64,000 nucleotides of DNA from NCBI GenBank assembly GCA_010909165.1, contig MU008162.1:1860001-1924000 (forward strand). The letters are read 5' to 3'. Every line of letters starts with the position of its first letter. Within the stretch, counting starts at the first letter, position 1. The notes below the pieces were generated by a model that saw nothing but the letters and a program-made list of their open reading frames with translations, searched no databases and was not told the DNA's origin. The translations under genes were made by a program, and so were the position numbers. Shown piece after piece: positions 47,851 through 59,048 of this stretch. The stretch comes from Anthoceros angustus (Eukaryota > Plantae > Anthocerotophyta).

Positions 47851-49739
47851 CAAGGAGAGGAATGAGGCTTCTACACGGGGGTTCGGATTTCAAGGGATAA
47901 GTGGATAAGCATGGATATGTCATCAGTCCATTTGACTTTAGTTTCCTAAACCTTGATTGGCACCCCATCCAGGTACTGATCCAACCCGCGGGTGCTTCAC
48001 TTTGGAGTTTGTTGTACTGCACGTAGACTAAAGAGTATTTATATGCAATAGAGACATGATAGAGGTTTCACTAATCACGATCTAATTAAGCGGGGTGTGT
48101 TAACCTTGATTAAGGGTTTTTGACCTAATCACTAACCGCCTGGAGTGCATGCCTGGAAACACTCGATCCGGACGGAGCTACCAACCAGCAAGTCCATCGA
48201 GGCGGTCGAAGTCCCGACCAGAGAGAAGTGCGAACACTCGATTTTGGTACCGGGGAAGGAGGAACCCAATGACCAATCAACAATCTTTGAAGGATCTATG
48301 GTGGCAACACACAAGACACGTTAGTCTTTCGGGACAACTCGGTGGGCGGCGAGGAGGACTTGTCTTTGGAGTCGTCAAGATGGGAGGAGAAGGATCGAAT
48401 GGAGTTGTTCAGGACGAGCGGCACCTTGCCACCGGAGGACTTCATCGAAATGCAGTGCGGTGTGCGGAGATGGAATTGAAGACCGGATACACGAGCGATA
48501 CGGCTTCATCCAAATGCCAAGTACTTGGGGATGAAGCATTGGCGTGCTATCGCGAGCACAAGGCGAGGTTGTTGAGCGCACATCCGGAGGACCATGAGTA
48601 GCAGTTCAAGCTCAAGGAACCGGTGCGACGGGCGGTGGCACCGTACGATCCCATCAAGAGATGTTTGACATCTTCCTGGAGTTTCGCAAGCACGGATGAG
48701 AAGATCTCGGTGACACACTTCAAGATGAAGTCGGTGAGGCTAGATGGCTTATCAAGAATCGACCAGCTTGGTACGTGACACCAAGATCATGAGTGACCGA
48801 TGGCTGCAGAGAAGTACTTGCAGCATTGCCATATGCGCGCATGAAGGTGCAACAAGCGGTGCACAAGACGGCAACACTACACCTCAAGGAAGTGTACGAG
48901 ATGGTCGACAAGATAGGGCCCGCTGACACTTTCTCTCGTGGCACAAAGTGAGTGGTGGACCCAGACAAGTGGAGGAGTGGACAACATGACGACGCGTGAG
49001 GTGCCGAGGGAGGATTTCCTGAGGAGCAACTCACCACACAGGAGTCAAGGGAGCACTCAAGTTATCGAAAGCAACCCCGCCAATGCATCCGCCAACCTCA
49101 TCCACAAAATCGGAAGAGCAAAGGCGCCGGAGGAGGCACCGAAGTCCGTGGACAAAAGAAACGGAAGCATCAAAGAAGACGATGGATGTACGTGGCACGC
49201 CTTGCAAAGCTGGAGAAGTTGGTGCGAAGGCGAAGATCAAGGAGAGCGGCAGTTCATCATCGAGGACGAAGAAGATGAGCACAAGCTTGATACATGGCGA
49301 TCGTGACCGATCCAAGGGCAGGAAGAAACCTCCGCAGCTACGAGAGAAGATAGCTCAGAGGAAGAAGAGGATGTCTTGACACCTGCAGCGGAAGACACGG
49401 AAGGAAGCTTCGGGATCCTCTTCCCGAACCTATGCCAAGATGCCAAAGTCGTTTGAGCCATTGCCAATAGGAGCAAATGTGGGAGCAACATCAAAGTCCA
49501 GAGTGGGCAATGTGGAGAAACCCATGCGCAGACTGTTGACAGAGACGATGGCACAAAAGCTTCTGGAGATGCCATGTTTCAACCTACAAGACATGGGGCT
49601 GAGCGAAAAGGAAGTTAGGGGTTTGACTCGGTGGATGTTAACAACTCTTGAAGATGAAGCAAGTGTCGACGATGTGCCACAACAGGTGGCAATGATGTCA
49701 TTCGACCTCGAGCCAAGCATCTCGTGGAGAAGCGAATGT

Positions 49740-50170
49740 CGCACGAGTGGGGGTGGCTTTGGTCAACAATCGGGAGAGACACATTGAAATCAATGGATTC
49801 GCACCAAGGAGGGTGTTGATTGACACCGAGCAGCCGGTGATCGCTGGAAGAAGAGTGAAGGAAGCGTTGGGTCTCCACCAAGAAAGGTTGAAGGAAACCA
49901 AGTGGAAGATCCGGACCTGGGACCACGGAGCATGTGTTGGGGTGACAAGGTACAAGTTGAAGGTTTCATTCAAACCAAGAATGCAGACTTCACCTTTGTC
50001 GAGGTACCTTTGGTCAATCAGACACTTTTGATGTCTTCTGAGCGGACGCTTTGTACAAACCTCGAGTCATGGTGGATTTGTGGACGGAGGTCTACTATCG
50101 ACAGCCGGAGAAGCCGGAGCAAAACCGATGAACGGATTGCCCGCATCCCTCTCGCAATGCATGGCAAGGA
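49740..50170 (+). pseudogene. Retropepsin-like aspartic protease remnant
   Basis: RVLIDT(G)xQPVIAGRR ... DVF(LG)ADALYK..VMVDLW, with frameshifts. Confidence 0.65.
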
Positions 50171-50499
50171 TCATGAGAACCTCATTGCCAGCAGCGTCTA
50201 CCCAATGTTTGGCGCCAGTGAAGGACACGCCATACGTGCTTGAACCTCTTGGCGTGTGTCTAACAACCGAATCGACTGATGGAGGATTTCACGAGGAGGA
50301 GGAAGACAAGCTAGGGTTGCAACCACCCTGAGGAGGTTCTTCAAGTCACCGGACGGAGCTGGTGGCTGCAGCAATGAGCCGTGCAAAAGCTGTGGAGGAT
50401 GGTGCAAGAGGACCGTGTCCTATGAGCCGAGAACCGTAAGTTCTGCCTAGGGTTGAGCCTGTTTGTGACCTAAACACCTAGGTCATCACATGGCGACCT

Positions 50500-50945
50500 C
50501 GGGAAGACGGCATAGTGTTGGTGGCACTCTTTGGAGGCATCAGTACCGGCTTGGAAGCAGTGCTGAAGTGTGGCATCAAAGTACTAAGATACGTGCATTG
50601 CGACCCGGATCCAAATGCAAGGATTGTGTCACAGATCTGCGTAAGGGACTTGATGGGGGAGTACCTTAACCTCCTGATGTGGGAGTCAGTGAAGGGTTAC
50701 TAGAAGGCACTGCCGATGGATGTTCGCATGATAGGGTTGTCCCATTTGAGTTGTCTTGGGCAACCGGTGGACCTTATCATCGCAGGTTGGGCGTGTCAAG
50801 GACTATCCTCTGCAGACAAGGGTCAAGATCTGAAGGATCCACAAACAGCATTGTTCTATGACCTGATGAGGATCTTGCGCTTGATCTAGAAAGGGCAAGA
50901 AAGGCCTTGTGGATACATGTTGGAGAATGTGCCAGTATGCATGAG
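50500..50945 (+). pseudogene. C5-cytosine DNA methyltransferase domain (motifs I, IV, VI), truncated, inside the retroelement pol region
   Basis: One frame reads VLVALFGGISTGLEAVL...ALPMDV...VDLIIAGWACQGLS...LFYDLMRIL...YMLENVP, with TAG stops at 50700 and 50887. Confidence 0.85.
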
Positions 50946-50950
50946 CGTGA

Positions 50951-51348
50951 AGCTCAGATCATAGCTTGTCCTCTAGATATGCAATGCAAGGGTGTTGTGA
51001 GGAGGCCAAAGCTATGACTCCGAGAGCGATGTGTGAGGAATTTGCGTGAGGTGTGTTTGTGCACGGGAGCTAGAAGCCATGATCCTCGTCCAGTGCTAGC
51101 AGGGCCAGGCTTAGTTTGCGGCGATGTTAGGGCGCCGGCGATGCTAGGTGATGCAGCGACCCTAGGCGATGCTAGCATCGCCTAGGGTCGCCTAGGGTCG
51201 CTTAGCATCACCTAGCATCGCCTAGCGTCGCCTAGCATCGCCTAGCATCACGCTAAGCCTAGCACGGCCTATCTAGCGTACGCACACGAGATCATAGCTT
51301 GTAACAACAGGAGGGAGTAGCTCGCACGTCGTGACACAAACACACTCT
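50951..51348. repeat. Fold-back of LTR and satellite sequence around a perfect 36-bp palindrome (51156-51191)
   Basis: gcgaccctaggcgatgctagcatcgcctagggtcgc is its own reverse complement. The left arm matches 41420-41700 forward; the right arm matches 41530-41660 reversed. Confidence 0.85.
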
Positions 51349-51633
51349 CCCATGCCGACAGCTGAAGAGATCTTCGACACCATTGGGTCTGCCAAGTTCT
51401 TCTCAACATTGGACTTGAGGCATGTAGTTCCACTCGTACAAGCAATCTCTGCCCCAGAACGTCGTTTTCTTTTTGTCTTCTTCGGCAATCTCTACTTGGT
51501 GAAACCCTAGCCTCAAGTCCAATGTTGAGAAGAACTTGCCAGACCCAATGGTGTCGAAGATCTCTTCAGCTATCGGCATGGGATAGTGGTCATGTGGGAT
51601 TCGCTCATTCAACGGCCGATAGTCACCACACAT
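51349..51633 (-). pseudogene. Ty3/gypsy reverse transcriptase fragment with an inverted partial duplicate (51349-51420 is the reverse complement of 51511-51582)
   Basis: CGDYRPLNERIPHDHYPMPIAEEIFDTIGSGKFFSTLDLRLGFHQVEIAEEDKKKTTFWG. Confidence 0.9.
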
Positions 51634-51706
51634 TCTCCTCTCTGTCCAGAACGCTCAAAACCCAAATATCTTTATCACACACACATTCAACAATAATGAG
51701 AAAACG

Positions 51707-51833
51707 TCTTCTTATTCATAAACAAAAACATACCACCCTTTGCAAATTAAACATACACGTCCTTCTTATTCATAAGCAAAAACATATCACCCTTACGTAC
51801 ACGTATTCTTATTCATAGGCAAAAACATACCAC
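51707..51833. repeat. Degenerate 45-53 bp tandem repeat (insertion site of the MITE)
   Basis: ttcttattcataaacaaaaacataccaccctt x3; the third unit continues after the MITE. Confidence 0.75.
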
Positions 51834-52409
51834 CAGGGTGTCATTTTGACCGAGTACTATCTCACCCCCGGACCGCTTAGTCATACGCTCGGTCCGACCG
51901 AGCATGGATCTTTTTATGACCCTTGGTCACTAAATATAATAATATTAAATAAATAATTTATAAATAATAATATAAAAATACAAATATCTAGTATATTCTA
52001 TCGTCGGGCTGGTCTTTCCAAGCTTTAAAAATACCATTCCAATCTATCTCCTTAACAGGCGGAGATAGATTAATAGCCCAGACCAAGCTTTAAAAATACC
52101 ATTCCAATCTATCTCCTTAACAGGCGAAGATAGATTAATAGCCCATAGATCTATGGTAAGTAATGGTAAGTATCTTTATAACCATACTAATTATAAGATG
52201 GATCCATGTATCCATAATAAATATAAATCCTTCGATATAAAATTAAGTAGTTTACTAATTTAAACCGGACCTTTTATGAACCCTTGGTCCCGAAAAAATA
52301 GGGGAGCGAGGGTTGGGACCGGACTCTTAAAGAACCTCCGGTCCCTTGTTTTTTTTAACACATGCCGGGACCGAGACCGCGCTTGGGACGGGGTCAAAAT
52401 GACACCCTG
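51834..52409. mobile_element. hAT-type MITE, 576 bp
   Basis: 18-bp TIRs CAGGGTGTCATTTTGACC / GGTCAAAATGACACCCTG; perfect 8-bp TSD CATACCAC (51826-51833, 52410-52417); internal 63-bp tandem duplication (52018-52145). Confidence 0.93.
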
Positions 52410-53046
52410 CATACCACCCTTTCCAAATTCAGATACATCCAAACGAATTCCACATATGCAGACAGTTGAGCTGACCCGGACGAGGTGAGACCGTGAGAGA
52501 AGGTCGACCTGTAGTCTCGCGGAAACGGTAGTGAACAGAACTTACCTCGTCCATTCCTGGGGATCTGGAACCTTCGGTCGCGACTTCCTTGGACCCCGTT
52601 CTCTGCCGCTCCCCACGTTCGGGTCTGACTATATCTAGATCGCAGGATGCGATTGTTGATGCATCAAGTTTCTCTGCTTTCACTGCAACGATTTGCCTTT
52701 AGATTGCCAGGTATTGGCTCATCTCTCAGCCTCTGTGTGATGGAGCATTCTCTCGAGCTGGGTCGTGTGAACCTGAGTGGAAATGGCCTGAATTTCTGAT
52801 TTCCGTGCTTGATGCAGTGGGCCTCGGTGTGTAGGAGCGGATCGGGCATTGGCTTTGGAGTGGGAGGGCCGGGGTGAAACTGGCAGCTGGGCAGTGAAGT
52901 GGGACAAGATTGAGGGGGCAAGGGCGCGGTCCGGCATCCGGGCCAGGATTGCCGGGCTGTTTTCGGGCAAGAAAACATCTGGGGGAGCAGAAGTGGGATC
53001 GGAGGAGATTGCTACAGGCAACAAAGAGGAGACTGAGGAGAGCAAC

Positions 53047-53859
53047 ATGACTGTCTCGCAGACGACCTATTACTTCTCTCATGGCTCGCCCATGCTGCCT
53101 CTGGAGAATGAGCCCGCCAAGGCTTTTCTCCAAGGGTTCCCCAGGACGCTGCCGGAGAAACCCAAGGTCATCTTGATGATATCAGGGCACTGGGATACCA
53201 AAGAGCCCATGGTGAGCACCACGGCCAAGAACGAGACCATCTATGATTTCTATGGCTTCCCGCCGGAGCTTTACAGGCTGTCTTACACTCCCCCGGGTGC
53301 CCCTGCCGTGGGACGGAGAGTCCTGCAGTTACTGAAGGACGCAGGGTTCAAGGTTGGGGAGGATAAGAGGAGGGGGCTGGATCACGGTGCTTGGGTGCCG
53401 TTGCTGCTGGCCTATCCGGAGGCTGATATTCCGGTGCTGCAGCTGTCCATACAGTCCCACAGAAATGCAGAGTATCACTACAAGGTTGGCCAGGCGCTGC
53501 AGCCTTTGAAGGATGAGGGAGTGTTGATCATAGGGTCCGGGAGTGCTGTGCATAACCTGCGCGAGGTGATGAGGAGTTTTGGAGATACTTCTGGTAAAAT
53601 TCAGTCCTGGGCTAAGGCGTTTGATGACTGGATTCGAGACTCTCTTGTCAGTGGGAAGTTTGACGATGTTGTTCACTACGAAAGCAGGGCCCCTTATGCC
53701 CAGAAGGCTCATCCGAGCAATGACCACTTCGTGCCATTGCTGGTTGCCTTGGGGGCTGCCGGGGAGGGAAGAAGGGCAGAGCTAATTCACACTAGCTGGA
53801 GCCTTTCCTCAATGTCCTATGCTTCGTACGCTTTCAAACCTGCTCCTGCATCTCTGTAG
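53047..53859 (+). CDS. DODA: Extradiol ring-cleavage dioxygenase, LigB/4,5-DOPA dioxygenase family; possible N-terminal extension via exon 52647-52710 spliced to 52835
   Basis: FSHGSP, SGHW, RGLDHGAWVPL, DIPVLQLS, GSGSAVHNL, AHPSNDHFVPL. Confidence 0.92.
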   Translation: MTVSQTTYYFSHGSPMLPLENEPAKAFLQGFPRTLPEKPKVILMISGHWDTKEPMVSTTAKNETIYDFYGFPPELYRLSYTPPGAPAVGRRVLQLLKDAGFKVGEDKRRGLDHGAWVPLLLAYPEADIPVLQLSIQSHRNAEYHYKVGQALQPLKDEGVLIIGSGSAVHNLREVMRSFGDTSGKIQSWAKAFDDWIRDSLVSGKFDDVVHYESRAPYAQKAHPSNDHFVPLLVALGAAGEGRRAELIHTSWSLSSMSYASYAFKPAPASL

Positions 53860-54964
53860 CATTTCTGTGGAGGGCACCAGATTTTCCGCGGGCTTACCAT
53901 GGTGGGACAGATCTTGTATATCATTCCTTTATTACATACTCACTTCCCATACCGAGACAGATCTGGCATATCTTACATATTCACATGACTTGTATGCAGA
54001 AAAGCCCTCCTACTTGGCATGAACTGTAGGCGGTCTCCCTTCGGAAAGCTCTTCTGTCATTGCTGAATGCCCGTACATAGAATTTAGTAAATACAATTCA
54101 GGGTAAGTGTGATCCATAGTCTCGCGTATTGCTAATGCTGCTGTTGGCTCGTCCTCTCATCCTCCTTGAGCTTTTGAAAGCTTGCGGAGCACATCTATTT
54201 AACTATGTACAGGAGTCTTGTCCAGCAGTCTTGTCTAGCAGTCAGAAACTGGGAGACAGCAGTCTCGCATGTAGAGTATAGCAAATCGTCTTGATCATCG
54301 TTGCGACCTAACTGCGCCACGGCTTTCTCCACCAAAATAAAAACTTAAAATGGGCTTGCTTCTATTTAGGGACTTTATTAAAGACCAGAGCGTCTCCGAT
54401 CAGCCTACGACTCGTTGAACTGGGGAAGGAAAAAAGTGAACTCATTTAATAAATTCAACAATTCAACTTCTCGTTGCATCAGTGGCAGACCGATTAGGGC
54501 TCCACAACTTGCATATTAACGCTTCAAACACTTTTATATTATAGGATTCAGTGGTAAGCCCTAAGTAAATATTTATCTCCATTCCAAAACGGTGACATCT
54601 CATTTTTGTGACGGAAGAAAGTAACAAGTATCATAAGGTGAATAAATCAAATATATAATATAAATATCCTCTTAACAAAAATTAAAATACAATTTAAGTT
54701 TAGAATATCTAGTTTATTTTTTCCAGAGTGAAACAACATGATATGCTTTTCACACGGATGACTATTCGGATAAAGAATCACACATAATGGCTCATTCTAT
54801 CCTCACCAATTCCGTCTCGACGGAAAGCCGGAATCTAAAGTTGAGCATTACGATCATGTTAGATTATGATTATGGTTACAATAATGTTAGATGGTGACCA
54901 TTAGCTTCGTTAGACCCCAAAGCTAATGAGCTTCGTCACTCCTTTTCACATTCACCCCTGGGTC

Positions 54965-55015
54965 CACATTCGTCCCTGCTGGATGGGTTTTTCCCCATCA
55001 TTTTTTTCCTCAAGA
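54965..55015 (+). mobile_element. Isolated CRE-like 3' terminal fragment
   Basis: tccctgctggatgggtttttccccatcatttttttcctcaa resembles cccctcctggatgggctcttcccatcattttttcacctcaa at ~14978-15018. Confidence 0.45.
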
Positions 55016-55439
55016 AACCATTTATTTCCCAAACCAATTTATAATATCAATATCTCATCATTTTTTTTATAATATGGGATATCATGGAGTAAAATCGTAC
55101 CAAATTAATCTAGAGTAAAAAACTATTTTACATAAAATTTAATTTATAAAAAATTAAATTAAATGGTCGATATCAATTCTATGGAACATCGATCACATAA
55201 TAAATATGTTGTAATGTTCCAACATGTTGCAAAATAAATTTATGACTCGTTGATTTTGGCACAATGCGGAGACAAGGACACGATATTTATATCATGTAGC
55301 TAAGGATGGATAACACTCCATCGAAGCACTGATGCATCCAATGGACCTTAATTGTGGAGTTTTGAATGCACTCATGTCAATTCTCACTATTTGCCTTATG
55401 GATTCCGGTGAGTGTATTTTGTTACATAAAATACCATCT

Positions 55440-55640
55440 AAAGAAGAAGAAGAATTTTATTTAAGTCCACTAAGGATGGATTTTCGTCATGGGACTTGGT
55501 ATCTAACAACTTGTACCATGGTGTGCCTAAGCTACTTGCACCAAGGGCATCCACTCCCTTTAGGCACCCCATTCTAAGTACCGATTTAAGCTCAGAATGC
55601 TTAAATCACGACGTTCTTATAAATGTCTGTCCATTTGGAC
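55440..55640 (-). mobile_element. Copy of the microsatellite-tailed dispersed element
   Basis: (aag)n tail followed by a near-colinear reverse complement of 31195-31400. Confidence 0.8.
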
Positions 55641-56243
55641 GTACATATCCTCCGTGCTGTGGCTAATAAGTGTGAGGCCGGTATAGGTGGCTTTCTTGTG
55701 ATGAAGGAGGCGGTTTGTGGCTCCGACGCTGGCCGCTAACCGGACACGGACCTGTCATGAGCCAGCTGGCGTCGGGTGGAAACTGGAGACCTCGATGAAG
55801 AGGAGTCAAAGAAGACAAGTGTGCATCGGAGCCTGGAAAGCGCGTAAAGACAGTCGACCGCTTAGCACTTCGACCCGTATGAATGAATGAATGCTTACGC
55901 CGCGTCCTAAAGATGGCTTCAAATGCGCGAAAGCGCTTGTGGAAATTTGTCGCTGTCACGTGAGATTGGAGCACGCAGTTGGCCATAGCTGTCGCCCGAG
56001 CTTGCTCTGATGCAATCGAGAAGACGCGCTGCTCGCTTTTCGGTGTCATCAGCCTGCGGGCGCAGGAGCAGTAGCAGGAGCAGGAGCAGGAGCGGTTGCA
56101 TGCTGCCAGGATCAGTCCGGATGCATGAGTTTCCAGCTCGGAGGGGCTGGCCGGACTATGTTTGTGAGAGCCGAGGTAAATCTGTCGGGATGTGCTGGTA
56201 ATTCTTGCTCGCTGAGATGGATTAGCACGCAAGGAGCTTTACG

Positions 56244-57771
56244 ATGTGTAGCGAGAACTCTCTTTCAGATTTGCGAGTTTGCCGTGCATGTGATGGATTC
56301 CCCTGCTGTGGCAGCGCAACTAGCTCAGAGTCCGGGGGAAGCAGAGGTTTCGCTGCCTGTTGTGTGGCCATGGAGAGCTTTCCGACTCCTAGGAAGCCGC
56401 TGGACTACATCACGGGGGGTTTCATTGCGGCTGGATGCATTCCGTTCATCGTGGGGAACATCATCATCGTAGTGCACCGGAATTACCGACCGATTAAAAC
56501 CAAGGCAGTGGATTTGACCGTCCTCAGCTCTGTTGGAGGTTTTATATGGATCGTAGCAACCATCGTTGTCAACAATCACTTTGGTCGGAAGGAGGGTTCA
56601 TTTTGGGCCTTCTGTAATCTGTGGAGTTTCTGGTTACAAGCGTCGCTGGGGTTTGCCCTTTGGCTCAATTGCATGATAGTTCGTCTACTGAATTTGCACC
56701 TCATCTTTTTCGAAAAAGTTGAGAGAGTGAAGAGGTGGACACACATTGCTCTGCCACTTCTTCTCCTGCTCAGCCCGGTTGTTGCCTATTCCACGGTTGC
56801 CACTGTGTTCCGAGCAAGCCAGTGAGTGGGAACAAACCTTACTGAAGGTGGCTAGTTATGCTTCTCGTACTTCCTTGCAGACTTACAGTCCAAGTTTCTG
56901 TCGTCACGTTTGCAGATTCAGAAAACCACCCGAAAATAACCACGGTGGAGGGGACTGCAAAATTATTCATGAAGGCTGGTCTATTGGACTGCTTATCCTG
57001 CTTCCTTTCTACTTTTTGATATTCCTCTTACTGGCTTTCACTCTACGGAACATCATGGCTCAGTACAATGAATTTCGGTAAGTTTTTGTGACAAAAGGTA
57101 TGTGATGTTCTGCCCTTGTGCTGTTATAGCAGCCTTGTCGAGCTAACATTCTCCATTTGCGTGCAGGTTGATACGGAAGGGTGGGATATTGTCTGTGTTT
57201 CTTTATCTCTTGTCACTGGTTACACTCCAAACGCATGCATATACGGAGGTCACAGGTCGCTGCTTTCTGTCACTATCTGTGGCTGCAGCGGTGTTCTACT
57301 ACTTCTGGGCTCGGAATGCTGTAGTAATATACAATGTTTTATTCCACAAAGAGGAGTACGCCCAGCGGTTCCTTGAAAGCCTTTCAGCTTGCCCGCCTGA
57401 CACACAAGCAAGGTCTGAGGATACCTCACTTTTATCAGCGAAACTCTTTCTAGAAAGGGAGCATATTTGATGAGCTGTACTAAAGTGAAATGTTGCGCAG
57501 GGGGCTCTACCCAGATCTGTACCCAAACCTGGAAGTCTTGCTGCAACAGGCCCGGGAAGAGGCATCCAGTCTGCGAAGTTATGTGCAGGAGCTGGAACTA
57601 AAGCTGGCCAACTTGGAGGCTGTGTGCACCCATCTTGAGCAACAGGTAACGTCCTTCCTATTTTTCAATCAATTTTGTTGTTAGAGCGCTTGATCAGGTT
57701 GGACCTCACTTTACTTTTATCTGCTGGTTACTTGACCTTAGGGTCCTGCAAGGACACATACTCCAAGCTGA
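56244..57771 (+). CDS. RGS1-like seven-transmembrane protein with a coiled-coil tail and no RGS box; join(56244 or 56370..56821,56916..57077,57167..57412,57501..57645,57742..57771)
   Basis: Frame-preserving GT-AG introns; about seven hydrophobic segments. CNLWSFWLQASLGFALWLNCMIVRLLNLHLIF and YNEFRLIRKG resemble the AtRGS1 7TM. Tail EVLLQQAREEASSLRSYVQELELKL. Confidence 0.7.
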
Positions 57772-58226
57772 AATGGAGTTCATCCTGGATGGTCAAAGGC
57801 TATGAGCAGCTGCTCGTTAGGATGCTGTTCCTGGGTCTCATCGGCGACAACTGTGAGAAACGTGATTCTTGTAAGAAGCAGTGATGCACTGCCTGATAGA
57901 TGGACTCGGGCGGCATCCCACAGCTTAGTGTTTCAGCCTTCATTTTCTGCATATTCCTCATACTGAATATGATAATGAAGTGTGTTTTCTAGGCCTTGCT
58001 TGAACAACACTGTTTCTGTTGGTGTGCAGGAGATGGGATCTTGAGCCAATAACTCTGAAGCCTGATATTCTCTGAGGGTGCTGGAACCTCTGAGCGTTGG
58101 TGGTCATGCAACCTGTCTTAGGCTGAAAACAGCCCAACCTTGTGCCACATGGCGGTACCTATGGCCGTTCAAGTCAGTGAATCAGGACATCCAACACATT
58201 ACTTGTGAGTTGTTCAAGTCAGTAAT

Positions 58227-58694
58227 TCAGGACCTCAGCACATTATGTGCGAGTTGATAGTGAACTTCAAACTTTAAGCAAGCTTGGTCTGCGACCGCTG
58301 TGTCTCTATCAGGCGGCCAAAGTCGCAGTTCAGTGTCCTCAGCCTCCATATATTTTTGTCTGTCCAATTCCTTCAAGTACCAAGCTAAGAGATATTTCGC
58401 AATCGGAGTACACTCCTGGAACGTCTCAGACTCGACGATCTTTCTCACTTGTTTTTGCATGCATGGGTTCCCACCGTAAGCCAGGGCAAGAGCCCAGTGC
58501 TTCATGGCTGGCAGATCCTTCGAACCCAGAGCCGAAGCCATGGTTGGATCCGTGACAACAGATATTGCAACCTCGATTCTACGATCGATCTCCCTCAAAA
58601 GATCTTTCGTATCCCGAGAACAGCTCAACTTCAATTGGTCTGCAGGTTCTGGCTTGCGACAGGATTCCTCGAGAGGAGTTTCTTCTGAGTCCAT
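58227..58694 (-). CDS. Unidentified 155-aa ORF
   Basis: ATG-initiated, non-repetitive, helical-looking ORF. No family recognised. Confidence 0.3.
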   Translation of the reverse strand: MDSEETPLEESCRKPEPADQLKLSCSRDTKDLLREIDRRIEVAISVVTDPTMASALGSKDLPAMKHWALALAYGGNPCMQKQVRKIVESETFQECTPIAKYLLAWYLKELDRQKYMEAEDTELRLWPPDRDTAVADQACLKFEVHYQLAHNVLRS

Positions 58695-59048
58695 TTATGT
58701 TCTCTGCTTCCTCCTTTACCAAGTACGATACAGTCGAGGCCAGCCAAGCAATCATATGATGAGGGTGCAGCCACTTGATCTGTCAAAGGACACGACCTTC
58801 AACGAAGTGGCAGGGACTACAAAGCAGTTGGTGTCCTGTATTCTGGCTTCTAATTTACTCTTCGTCGATGGAGATTCCAGCAGCATACTCTATTAGTTCT
58901 AATCCATGTACATATTTATGTAGATACGCGAAACCGAACAAAATTACATACCTCCCTACACTACAGTCCCGGAGGCTATCTCCGCAGACAATGTCAGGCA
59001 ACAAAATTTTGGAGCCACATCAAACGGTCGCCATAGACTGTCAATAAC

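Larger units (their letters stand above)
41151..51633 (+). mobile_element. Degraded Ty3/gypsy LTR retrotransposon (LTR/leader with satellite, gag, protease, C5-DNA methyltransferase, RT fragment); 3' part rearranged
   Basis: Candidate TGTCATG LTR start at 41151; gag-like region 48150-49400; protease; MTase; Ty3-type RT. No integrase, RNase H or intact 3' LTR seen. Confidence 0.75.

Noticed and set aside
50951-51633. DIRS-type element (inverted termini plus methyltransferase)
   Set aside because: The RT is Ty3/gypsy-type, a protease is present, the MTase is C5- rather than N6-adenine-type, and no tyrosine recombinase was seen; the inversions look like rearrangements.
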